Translations under genes and position numbers: made by a program
In this document: in pieces, positions 50,660-62,400 of the stretch
Numbering within the stretch: position 1 is the stretch's first letter
Layout: every line of letters starts with the position of its first letter
The notes under the pieces: model-generated
Told to the model about the DNA's origin: nothing
Seen by the model: only the letters and a program-made list of their open reading frames with translations
Databases searched by the model: none
Assembly (NCBI RefSeq): GCF_037042905.1
Contig: NC_087252.1
Location: 4,218,001-4,282,000 of the forward strand
Length of the DNA stretch: 64,000 bases
Reading direction: 5' to 3'
DNA from: Lytechinus pictus
Lineage: Eukaryota

Positions 50660-51475
50660 TTTGGAGCCCCTAATGTGACGAAATGGTGTTTTGGCTACAG
50701 AGGAAAACAACTTTTATTGTCTTGAAATCACTTGGTGGCAAAAGAGTAGGCTTTTCGCTATCAGTTACTTAAAAAGAAGCGATGGCACAACAAATTCTAC
50801 CCCCTCAGGGGGCTGCCGACGTCACCAACCCCTTTTTGTATTTTGCCAATTTGTTGGAAAATTCGCAATTTTTTTGCCCCATTGAGGCAAAAGGCGTTTC
50901 CCCTTTGCAGTAAACCACTGTCGTGTTTTGTCAGCACTAGGGGATGAAAAGAATGATTTTCCGCTATCAGCTGAATGTAAAGAAGTGCTGCCACAGCAAA
51001 GCCTACGGTCGACCCCTCAGGGGTTTGCCAAAGTCACACACCCCTTTTCCATATTTTTGGAAAAATCTATAAATTCGGAGCCCTCATTGAGGCAAAAAGG
51101 CGTTTCTGCTATATAGTAAGCCACTTTTATTGTCCTAAAACAACTTTGAAACAAAGAGTAGCCTTTCATCTATCTGCTTCATATATAAAGAAGTACTGGC
51201 ATATCGAAGCCTACATCTCTCAGGGGGCTGATTAATCACCCACCCCTTTTCCGTATTTTGTCAATTTATGTGAAAATCTGCCAATTTGGAGGTCCCATTG
51301 AGGCAATACGGTGTTTCTGCTCTATAGCTCTATACCATTTCAATTGTTTTGTAACCACTTGAAGATAAATAACTTTCCTCTATCAGCTACATATAAAGAA
51401 GTGCTGGCACAGCAAAGCCTACCCCCTCAAGGGTGTCTGAAGTCTCCCCACCCTTTTGTCTATTTTCCCTCTTTA
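50660..51475. repeat. Degenerate tandem repeat, ~200-215 bp unit, about 4 copies
   Basis: Recurrent CCCTCAGGGG, CCCATTGAGGCAAAAGGCGTTTC and AAAGAAGTGCTGGCACAGCAAAGCCTAC blocks. Confidence 0.75.
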
Positions 51476-51837
51476 TCAAAAAAATCGCGGGCAAACATAA
51501 CACTGAAATTTAATCAAAATCTGACAAAGAATAAACAAAGTTAATTATGATACTCTAAAGATTTGCATTATTTCGGAGAAACAGTTCTAGGCATGTCATC
51601 ATGCATATTCAATGAGCAAACTGATGATGTCATATAACCCGCATGTTCTTATGCATTTTACAATGTGAAATTTTGTTAAATCCCCGTTTTTCCTCCAAGA
51701 ATTAAAAAAAATCAACAGACAACTAAATCGATGCACTAGATACTCATTGCTACGATTTATTATAACCATAACCATATGTATGAAAATATGAAGTAGTGAT
51801 TCACGTAATAAGAAAATAGAAAGTGGGGGACATCAGA

Positions 51838-52108
51838 GGGAGGGTCGTGGTCTTGTGGTTAAGACTCTCGTCTTTTAATCTGAAGGACATGGATTCGATT
51901 CCAAGCCACTGGTGTTTTCCTACAGTAAGAAATTTACCCACATTGAGCTGCACTCAAACCAGGTGAGGTAAATGAGTACCGGCAGGAAGTAATTCCTCCA
52001 AAAAAAAATGTGCGCACCGGAATCGGTAGACCAGCTTAGCCGGGGATAGGAGCCCCTTGAGCACCTAGGAAGGTGGATATATGCACCATACAGATTATTT
52101 CATTATTT
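51838..52108 (+). mobile_element. tRNA-derived SINE (related to 31236-31507)
   Basis: GTGGTCTTGTGGTTAAGACTCTCG head, GGATTCGATTCC B box, GCACTCAAACCAGGTGAGGTAAATGAGTACC domain. Confidence 0.8.
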
Positions 52109-52390
52109 TTATCACCAGCCATCCAATAATTACGTGCATATAATTATAATTGTTTCACAAAATATCGCTAAAATTCAAAATACTATAACTTAGATATTTG
52201 CTATCAGATTTTGATAAAATATTCAGAATTTTGCTTGCTGAATTCTTTCCTATTTACTGAAATATAATTATTTTCATCCTGAATACCTCTTTATCCCATA
52301 GCTGCACATATATATATGATAATAATATTGAAATATTAGTAAGCCTACGCCGAAAATGATACCAAGTCCTGGGTAAAAGACTACCAAGGC

Positions 52391-52412
52391 GGGGAATTCC
52401 CCGGGGAATTCC
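52391..52412 (+). promoter_or_regulatory. Tandem NF-kB sites GGGGAATTCCCC-GGGGAATTCC upstream of gene 3
   Basis: Two adjacent palindromic kB consensus sites ~340 bp before the ATG at 52754. Confidence 0.65.
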
Positions 52413-52753
52413 ACGCAACATTTGACCCCAGTTTGCTTGTATTCAACCCATATTTTCATGTTTCGTTTGCAATCACTAAACATCACCAAATACATGTATT
52501 TCATCGTTCTCATGATCATTCTCTAGTGCTCCCTATCTTCCTATTCACTTTGATAGTCCTCAGTGGTGATAGTTCCCCATGACCACATGCTATACGTCAG
52601 TTAATATGCAGCATTAGCATTGTATCAACGGATTCAGAGATGTATCGATAATCATCAAACAGCAGGATTTGATTGGCAGCCATCTAATGTAATCAGCATT
52701 ATCATTTTGAAGAATTAAAGCGGCCGTATCTCTTGTCAACCAAGGCTACAACA

Positions 52754-53357
52754 ATGTTCACTCTTAATCTCAGGAGAACGTGTTTCATCTTCATTGTCTT
52801 TCTGCATTGTTTTGTAGTTTCATCGTGTGAGTATTGACTTTTTTCTCTCATTCTTCTCATGTTGATGGATAAAGGAATCTCTATTAATATTATGTGCCCC
52901 TTTTCCTCATGATGAATATTAACAGCACAATACAGAGGAGCCTCGTCGAGATGAGAAAATATACTTTTGTTTTCACGATTTTTTTTAACCTTTTTCTTTA
53001 AGTTAAGGCATGAGAAATAAACATTCTTTAACATATCTTTTTAATAGATATGGATAAATTGTATTTATTATAATGAAAACAAGTTTGTAACCAAAGACTG
53101 AATTACACGAATCTGTACAGAGTAAAAATTATGTACATTTTGCAAACAGGTAATAAAGATGCCTAATACCCCTATGTTGGGCATTGATTATGATACATGA
53201 TCAATTAGAACTTAAAAAATACAATATATCCATAATTATAGGATATAATAATAATAAAACAATAGGGTTTGTATAGCGCACGTATCCACCTTGGTTGGTG
53301 CCCAAGGCGCTCATATATTACCCCGGCTAAGCTAGTCTACATAATACACATTATGCA

Positions 53358-53440
<83 letters not shown>

Positions 53441-56400
53441 TAATATAAATTACGAAGAGGTTTTTTTTTTCTGGTTGCAAAAGGGGTTACATCATTTTTG
53501 GACCTTTCCAAGAGAAATCAGGTTTTTTAAATCTCCCAGCTATATTCTTATGAGAAACTAAATTGGCATGATGTACTACCCTATCATGTGAACATAACAT
53601 TGGGTGTAAAAGAAATATACGTGTCTTCATTTTTTATATACATTATTTTTTAAAATATAGTTGTGGATCTAACCCCTTTTGACCAAACTGAAATGCAACA
53701 AAAGCGTGGATAGAGATAAAGATAATGTTACAACTGCCCATAATCGTGTAATAGCTGTGGGGCGATTGTAACACTCGGTACACTTGACTTCTTATTTTGA
53801 AATGATAATAGCTTCTGTTAATCGCTAAACTTAACCAAACCCTATTCAAACGTCAAGCCTAGAATTGTATGATTTCGTTTTATTTAATGGAGTTGACAAG
53901 ACTGTCAAGTTTGGAAAATGTTGCTACAATGTTATTGTCCGCGGTCTCCCCTACTCTTGAAATGGGTTGGTCAATATTGTAACTATAGTATCCAATTCTA
54001 TTAACCAACGTTGGGTCGCATTAGTCTGAAGGCACATAACCTCATTGAGACTGATTTAAAAGTGTGTCTCAAAGCAAAGACTAGCTTAAATACAAAAAAT
54101 GATATTTCAATTCAGCGAGCAACAGGTCCATCAGTACACAAGGTGTTATAGGCTGCACCTTCAGACCCTTATGTTGAAGGGTTTGCAAAGCAGATTAAGG
54201 TTTACTGACACTTTTTGCCTAAACACATTGGTCATGAAATTGGCCAACTTTAGGTAGGTGAAAATTGCCCAATATGTGTTGTTCCTCGTTTGAATCGCAT
54301 TTATAATTAGAAATCAGGTTAAAAAAATAACGATTAATTAAAATCGGACTCGTGAGAAGATAACCCCCCCCCCCCCCCCGAAACGCATATTTGGCCTACT
54401 AATGCGAATGCGTCGGAACTGTGCAGAAGTTAGTATTTTGACTACTCGAAAATCGACAAGATCGATATACAGTATACCTAAAAAACAATTTCCCGTAACT
54501 ATTCCATTCCTGGATTATAATTCTACTTAGTTGTATTCTAGATAGTTCATGATAAATTTGCACACGCAAAATGTTTTGGTGAAAGGCATGCAAATCCATG
54601 TAAATAATATAGGCAATGTAACGTCTGTGGGGGAATCCCAGTGGGAATTCCCATTAAAGCTTGCCGTGTACTTGTAAACACCAAAGTTGTGAAAAGCATA
54701 TGTAAGGGGAATATAAGAATGAAGGGTAGGAAGAGAAATGAAATAGCTTACAAAAGCTAGCATACAATGGGATCTAGTGGCGGATCCAGGGGAGGGGGGC
54801 ACATCCAAATTGTTTAATGTAGATATGCCGTTTTTATCCAAGCGTGCCCCCACCCCCCCCCCCCGTTTGAAAGTGAGGTCCATTTTTTTCTTGCTTTTCA
54901 AATTTTCCCCGCAGACGAAATGACCTTAATTTAAAGTGAAGACTTTTTTCTTTTTTTTTCTTGTCAAATTTTCCGCGGACGAAATGACATTGAATTTTTG
55001 GTAAATACTCATGTTTTTTTTTTTTTTTTTTTGGGGGGGGAGGGCTCCGTGTCTGTCAAATTTCAATCGGGAAATGTGCCCTTTCCCCTGATAGAAAATC
55101 CTGGATCCGCCCCTGACGGTATCCGAAATATATAGAATTAAAGAAAATCATTAAAAAAAAGTGAACGAAAAAAATTCTAACATGATTGTTTTCCTTGAAG
55201 CGGAAGCTTCAAGGGACCCGGTTGTGTTCACTTTGAGTGCCAAGTTACTATCAGATTAAGTAAGGATTTCTTCACAAGGTGAATCTAAATTATACAGGGT
55301 GTTTCAAAAAAGGGTAACCGAAGTTCAAAGGTCAGCTGTATTAAAAAATGCATAATATAGTTTTTTTTTATTTCTACTCTACATAAGTTCGTATCTCATT
55401 ATTTTTAATTTGGCACCTTGCTTGCGTCACAATTGTAACGGGTCACATAGTTCTGGTCCATCGAAAGCGAAGGGTTCAAAACCGACTTTTTCAAGTTTTA
55501 ATGTACATGCACGAAACCCACTTTGTTGTAAGGTTTTGGTTTCATCACAGTTTTTGTTTTAAATTATATTGAAATGCTATCCCCTCTGTAAACGTTTTGT
55601 GAGTGACTGGCATTTACATATCAACTGCCTAGCTTCAATCTCTGTTGAACAAGTTCATAGCTATCTTTAGCACCAACACCTCCAAAGTTTTCACACTACC
55701 ATCCTTGTCGACGCTGCACTTCTCTTCTAATCATTGCATTACAGGATTGTGATCTTATGCCAAACAATGTGCTCAACCAAATTTTCATCTAGACACATGT
55801 AACATTCATTTGCAAAGAAAAACAAATCAGAAGGGTAACATTTTCCCTAAAATTTGCAAAGAAAAACTCTGAAGAGACTAAAACCTTACAACAAAGTGGG
55901 TTCTGTGCATGTCCATGACTTGTGTATTAAAGCCTAAAACTTGGAAAACGTAGGTTTTGTACCCTTCACCTTTAATATAGCATAACTCTGTGACCCAGGA
56001 GATTAGTGAGGTAATCAAGGTAACAAAGTTAATAAAAATTTATGAGTTACTTGATTATGTAGATTAAAAATCACAAGAATAAATCATGTATTCTTGAAAA
56101 AGCTGACCTTTGAACTTTGTTAGAAACAGTAATACAGTGTACAATCTAGTAAACCAAAGTAGGTTTAAGTAAGTTATATTATAACATAATCGAAGGATGA
56201 AGGATTTATGTACATTGTTTGCACTGTGTACTAGTTTTAATTGTTTAAAATGGCATTTAGATTATTTAATCGTAGTTACGACCGAAAGAAATTTACGAAT
56301 ATGGTGAATAAAGACGAACTTTTGAACTTTTTTGAACGATCTATTAAAGGAAACTATTTTTTTTACCCTGTCAAATGTTTTCAATCATTCATATCTATCC

Positions 56401-59400
56401 AGGCATATTTGTATTAATTATGGATCATTTCCTATAATCAAGCTTTCGTGAAGACTGCAAATGAAGACCGCAATTATCATTCAAAGAGGTGCACAAACAT
56501 ATATGGGTTGTCTTGAGTAAATAGATAAACATCATCTGGGGGGCGTTTCATCAACAACTGACAACTTTCCTGGATTCTCTTTGGTTGAGAAGCACTGTTG
56601 ATATACTAACTGTCGGATAAAATAGGACTTGTGGGATAAAACGTCTGACAAGTCCTTTCATGAAACGCTACCCAGATGTTCGATGACCAGAGACATAATT
56701 TATGATTAAATTTGAAACGATTCGCCCTTTCTATATGCTAAAAACCCCGGAATTTACATTTTATATGTTTCTTTTTCTAGATTGATCTAGAGCGATCATT
56801 GTTATTGACACTTAAAGTAATTATAAATTGATCGAACTTTATTTCGACGCATCAATGCAGATTACGAATTAATTTTGTAATAAAGAAAACTTATCCTTAA
56901 ATATCCGTTTCATTCCATCCGATGCTTGAGGAATGGTTTCATGTTAGATATATGAAGCAAAATATTTAAAGCGGAAATTCACTATGATGATAATATACTG
57001 GTGAATGTGTGATGAAAATCTATCAAAAGAATAAGAGAGAGATTAGTTTTTAATGTTCTTGCCTTTGTGACGTCATATGCGAGCATTTCGATTTTTAATG
57101 GAATATGAGGAATACAGTTATTTTCCGAAAGGAGGGGTTATAAAATATTGTGTCTGATTTGTCTGCAAGCACAGCTATTTGACAGTTTAACCAATAACAG
57201 GTCTGGAGTAAAGACTAGTCTCCGTAAACTCTGTCTGTGTGAAATAGAGCCAGCCACAGTAAACAGTGAATCTAGTCTCACTCTTACAGACACTGTATTA
57301 CACATCATGTGGAAACCAAGGTTCTGTGCCTGTAGACTAGTGTTTGATGATCCATCACACATAACATTTTTCAAAATCATGAATGAGGAAATTGCATCAT
57401 TTTGAAGTTATATCACACAGCATCGAGAAGCTGCTAGTCTGTAAATCACAAAATAAACACTACAGAAAATGTCAAGAAATTCCATCATTCATTGACGGGT
57501 TTTCATCAGACTTTCACCAATGTTCTCTTGTAGTCTTCCTACTTTTATTAAAACCAACTTATTATCAGAGTGAATTTCACTTTAAGGTATACGCAAGTGA
57601 ATATCTGCTCGGGCCTGGAAAGCACTTCATGAAAACAGTGTTGTAGTGCCTTGATGCTCGGCCTTGGCCTTAAGGCCGCTTTTCAAAGCCTTGGCCTTGA
57701 ACATTCAAGCCTTGGCCTTAAGAGTGCCTTGGCCTTGGCCTTGAGGATTTTGAGCCTTGAAATTTTAAGGCATTTTCAAGGCATTTTCAAGGCTTTTTCA
57801 AGGCATTTCATATTTTGTACTTTCATTTGTTTTTATATAAGTAGGTACAAATGTTTAAATTGTTCTGTATATCTAATGACACTAGGGGTCAATACTACCT
57901 GTCAGCAGTACAGTGCGTATCAAAAAAAGTTTACACTTAGAAAAAGTCCTGTAAAATTATACATTTGTAATATCCTGAAGATTTTCCCACATTTTAACAT
58001 TGGTACAGATCCATTTAAGGAAATGACGATATAACTGTCGAAAAATATTTCCACTTGAGTGAGCACCACTTACTTTTGAAAAGTTAGTGAAAAATGATTT
58101 GCGCAGAACTTTGAAATAGTTATGAGAATAAAAGGAGACCTTAATCAAGAAGAACACGTTGAATTTAGCTAGTAAAATTTATTTGAAGATATCTTTCACC
58201 TTTTTTAAACTTGTTTCCTTGCCCAAAACACTTCAAAGAGTGCATTGCGCCCAACCTCACTTCCCCACAAACCAAGGCCATCAAGACGATATTTGCTTTA
58301 CACTGAGCTGTGATTTTCATGAAATGGCTAAGGCTTGATTTTCATCTTGTTAATCATTGTCAAGCTTGGGAAAAGTGTGGAGAAACAAGTATTAAATGAA
58401 AAATGAAATGTAAACCCACTTTAAATGATAAAAACTTAGTGAAAAAATGCTGGAGATGTCTGATGTAAACTTTTGTTCAGATTCAGCTATGTCCTTAAAT
58501 CCAGTTGGCACAAAAAGGGTTAAGTTTGTGCTTACTAAGTGTTGAAATTTCAATTCGGGTGGCAAAATTGTTACAAAATGCTTGAATGTATCCGTTTTAT
58601 CTAAATTGACTAAAAGTACAAGGGAAATGTATGAAAAATGTTTCGCAGGGTAAGTTTGATTTCGCCCGTTCCCCTTGACACAGCGTGAAAACGAGCATTT
58701 CTGCGCAAACAGATTTCTGCGAGCTTTACAAAAACGGACAGTGCTCACTCAAGTGTAACATTCTGTCAAAACTTTTACTTTCATTGGATAGATGAGACCC
58801 AAACCCAAGATCATATGTGAAAAAATTACCCACATGTTGTATATTTTTTATTTCCTAGGGCTTTTTCAAAGTGTAAACTTTTTTTGATACGCACTGTATA
58901 GCAGTTGCAGCAGCAGTAGTAGTACATGTAAATGTACTTAGCAGTGCCATCAATTTCAATATTTAAGAATTATCATCACATAATTAAGTAACAAAGAAAA
59001 CAGAAGTGATGAAAAATAACATTATTCATTAGTAATATGTTGTTTAAAAATGATGATAATGGCAAAATCAATGATAATGAAAATGATAAAGATTATAGTG
59101 ATTTTATGACTGGAATAATTCTGACAGATCTGACTGCAATTTTGACAACAGTTTTCATGAGAATAGCTACATGTAACTCTAAAGAATGACAACAAGGTTG
59201 ATTTCTATTCCATTAGGATTTTCCTTGTATTATCTTTGACCAACAAGAATGTTTCAAGTCTTAATGATATTCTGAAAAGTTTCGGTAAACTTGAACACAA
59301 CAGGCAAGACTGAGGAATGGGAAGAGAGATAGAGAGAATTAAGGGGAGGCTGGTTTGGCAGAATATACTGCTAAATCAGTTAATATGTTGATACGCAGTA

Positions 59401-62400
59401 CATCTAACTTTTTTTTTTTTTTTTTTTTTTGGGGGGGGTATAGTGTCTCAGATTAACAAAATAGAGTAAAAAAAGGGTTACTAATTTTTAATCATATGGT
59501 TCTACAATGAATTTAATTTTCACTACAGTTTCAAGGAAACAATCAAAATATTTGTTTTTGTGTCAGTGTGGTTTCATAGAAAACCCTATTTCATAAATTT
59601 AAGAAATAAGATTTAACCTCCCCCAACTAATGGTGTGGGGTGTGCCCCGTTTATTTTATATCCTTTTGAATATAACTTTATTTTTTATCATTCTTTATTC
59701 CGGTTTTTAGAGGTAAATTAATAGAAGATACAAGAAAAGAGAATTGAAATTTAATATTGGTTGTAAGCAGAAAAAACATGAAAATTGACAAGAGTCCTAA
59801 GAACTAATCATTTTCAGGTCAGCATTTGAAAATTTTAACTTGCGCTTGTGCTCTCTTGCCCCCCCCCCCCCCTGAAAAATTCCCTGTAGGAAAAAATGCC
59901 CGTTTTCCAAAATCGAAAATGCCCTTTTTCCAAATCAAATGTGCCCTTTTTCAAAAAGAAATACCTTTTTTGTACTAAAACATAATACATTTTAGATTTA
60001 AAAATCACCAAATTTTGGATCGCGCTCGCATAAATTGTTAAGTAAAGTACTCATTCTGTTCCCATTTCCAAAAAAAATGCGTAGAATGTCCAGTTTTCAG
60101 GTTAGAATATCACAAATTTTTGAGCTCGCGCTTTGCGCTCGCATTATTTTATTGGTGAGTTTAATGTATCCTATTTATGAGTCACTAAATGCAGTCCAGA
60201 ACAGCTTTCTTTTCTGGTCAGGAAAATTTCCGCTCGCGCTTCGCGTTCGCGTGAATTCTTTAAGATGCACATCTTTTTTTCATGATTACAAAAACAGCTC
60301 GTAATATTTAATTTTCATTTCTCATTACACGAAATGTCCGGAAGTTTGAGCTCGTGGTTCGTGCTGGCAATATCTAGCAAGGCTGCCCTTTTAGCGCCAT
60401 AATTGACCGAAAAGCGAGTTTTAAAACTTAAGAATTTATTTTTTTTTCAAAACAGCTCGCTCGCTACGCTTTCTGGCAGAAAAGTAAAGCCTAAATCAAA
60501 ATATATGTCTTATCAATTAGAAATCACTTTAAAAAGGCTTTCATTTTGACTTAAAGGTGTATTTTTAGGCTTTGACATCCCCCCAAAACACGTTCTGCCT
60601 CCCCTGTCACAGGGAGTGGAGAAAGACATACGTTGATAATGGGCATGCCAGGATCAGACGACCGTTGTAATGATAATAATTGCAATGTAAATCGCCTAGA
60701 AAAATAATGTATTAAATGTACAAAGGTAACTATATTATTATTTTAATGTCTAAATCTATCATGAAATTATTTTTTGTTTTACATGTACAAGGTCAAACTT
60801 ATCGCTCGCTCACACCTTTAATAATACATTTTGCCCTGTGTGTCATGTCTGCCGCCTAAGCATTGTTGTCTCATTGTTCCGTATACATGTATTGAAAGTT
60901 TGAAATGCCTTGGCCTTGGCCAAGGTATTGAAGCCTTGGCCTTGGGTATTAAGGCCTTGGCCTTGGCCTTGGAGGTTTGAGCCTTGACTACAACACTGCA
61001 TGAAAATCGATTTATCTAAGATAATAATAATTAAATCTGTCCTGGATTGAAAAAAAATCTTCAATTTCTAAACTTTCCCCTTTACATCAAAATACCGAGA
61101 AAAGTAATGGAGATAAAGTTTAGGCATATCGCCGTTCTTCGCAATCTTCGCTTTTATTTGGAGAATTAGACACCAAAGAATGTATTTTGTAAAGCAGTAG
61201 TTGTATATGCAAGGACAATACCATCAATTTTCTTACAAAACCAGTAAACCATAAGCATCTGTGTAGGCCTTTTTCAAGAAACAGTGGATATCATGGCCAG
61301 GGTCTAACTCTCGGTATTTAATTAAGGAACAAAAAACTCAATCGATTTACTTTCTCCTTCAGCATTTACAGTGTTCACGGAGCAATCGGTAACAGCAGTG
61401 AAAGGGGGAAATGTATCCATACCATGCAATTTCACCGGAAATCCAACTTTCGTCTGGTGGTGGAAGCATGATTCAACAGGAGCCACAGACGACGACGTAA
61501 CACTCGTAGCCCGCGAGTTCGAGGGGATTGTAGAAGATGCAGGAATTGACAGGTTCAATATCACGAAGTCTGAAAATGATTACCGTCTGACGATACGTAA
61601 TGTGTCTCTGCTGGACGAGACCACATATTCTTGCCAAGTAGAACTCGATAATCATGAAGATGAGAGGGGCTACACGAATTTGAGTGTTCTAGGTAAGTTT
61701 TAAGTAGAACAGTCATATAACTCATATTAATAATTGTAATAATATTTGGATTTTATATTTACTTGTTTATATTATTTCCAGAGGACACAAAACACTCTTA
61801 TTAAATGTTAAATCAACATTTGAAAGATTGGAGAAGTGACAACATTTAAAAAAATGCCACTCCAACCTAGCATAATGTGACTCCAACATTTTACGTATTT
61901 GTTCGAATCATTTTAAGTGGTAAATGCAACATATAGAAAAGGTTTTGGTCATCTTCCAACATTTCAAATGTCGATATAACGTTTCATTTTTAGAGTGTAA
62001 GAAGTTTGATTTTAGAGTGAAAATGCTTGATCACATAGACCTACAACAACTTTTTTTATTTTCCGTCTTACCTTTTCGATTTGACCTTTTAATGAAACGT
62101 TTTATCCCCGTTTTTTTTTAAATACTCAGAATTTCACTCGTGTGTTTTATGATATTGTATTTAGGCCTATTCCATTTTATCTGACTCAATTCAAACATTG
62201 AAAATGAATTTTCAGGTTTGCCAAAATCTTTATCAAACTGTTTTTTATAACCTCTGCAAGCTTTGGCAGAGCCCCTGGAACCAGTCATCAAGTTATGTCA
62301 TGTGACAACGCCAGGACACTGTACTTACTTCATTGACAAGAACCCACCTGAGCAGGTGAACTTGGTTTGTGAGCTCCATCAAGTTCGACCCCCTGTAAAC

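Noticed and set aside
52274..53034. Minus-strand ORFs of 81 and 110 aa
   Set aside because: No motifs; they overlap the promoter and signal-peptide exon of the + strand gene 3.
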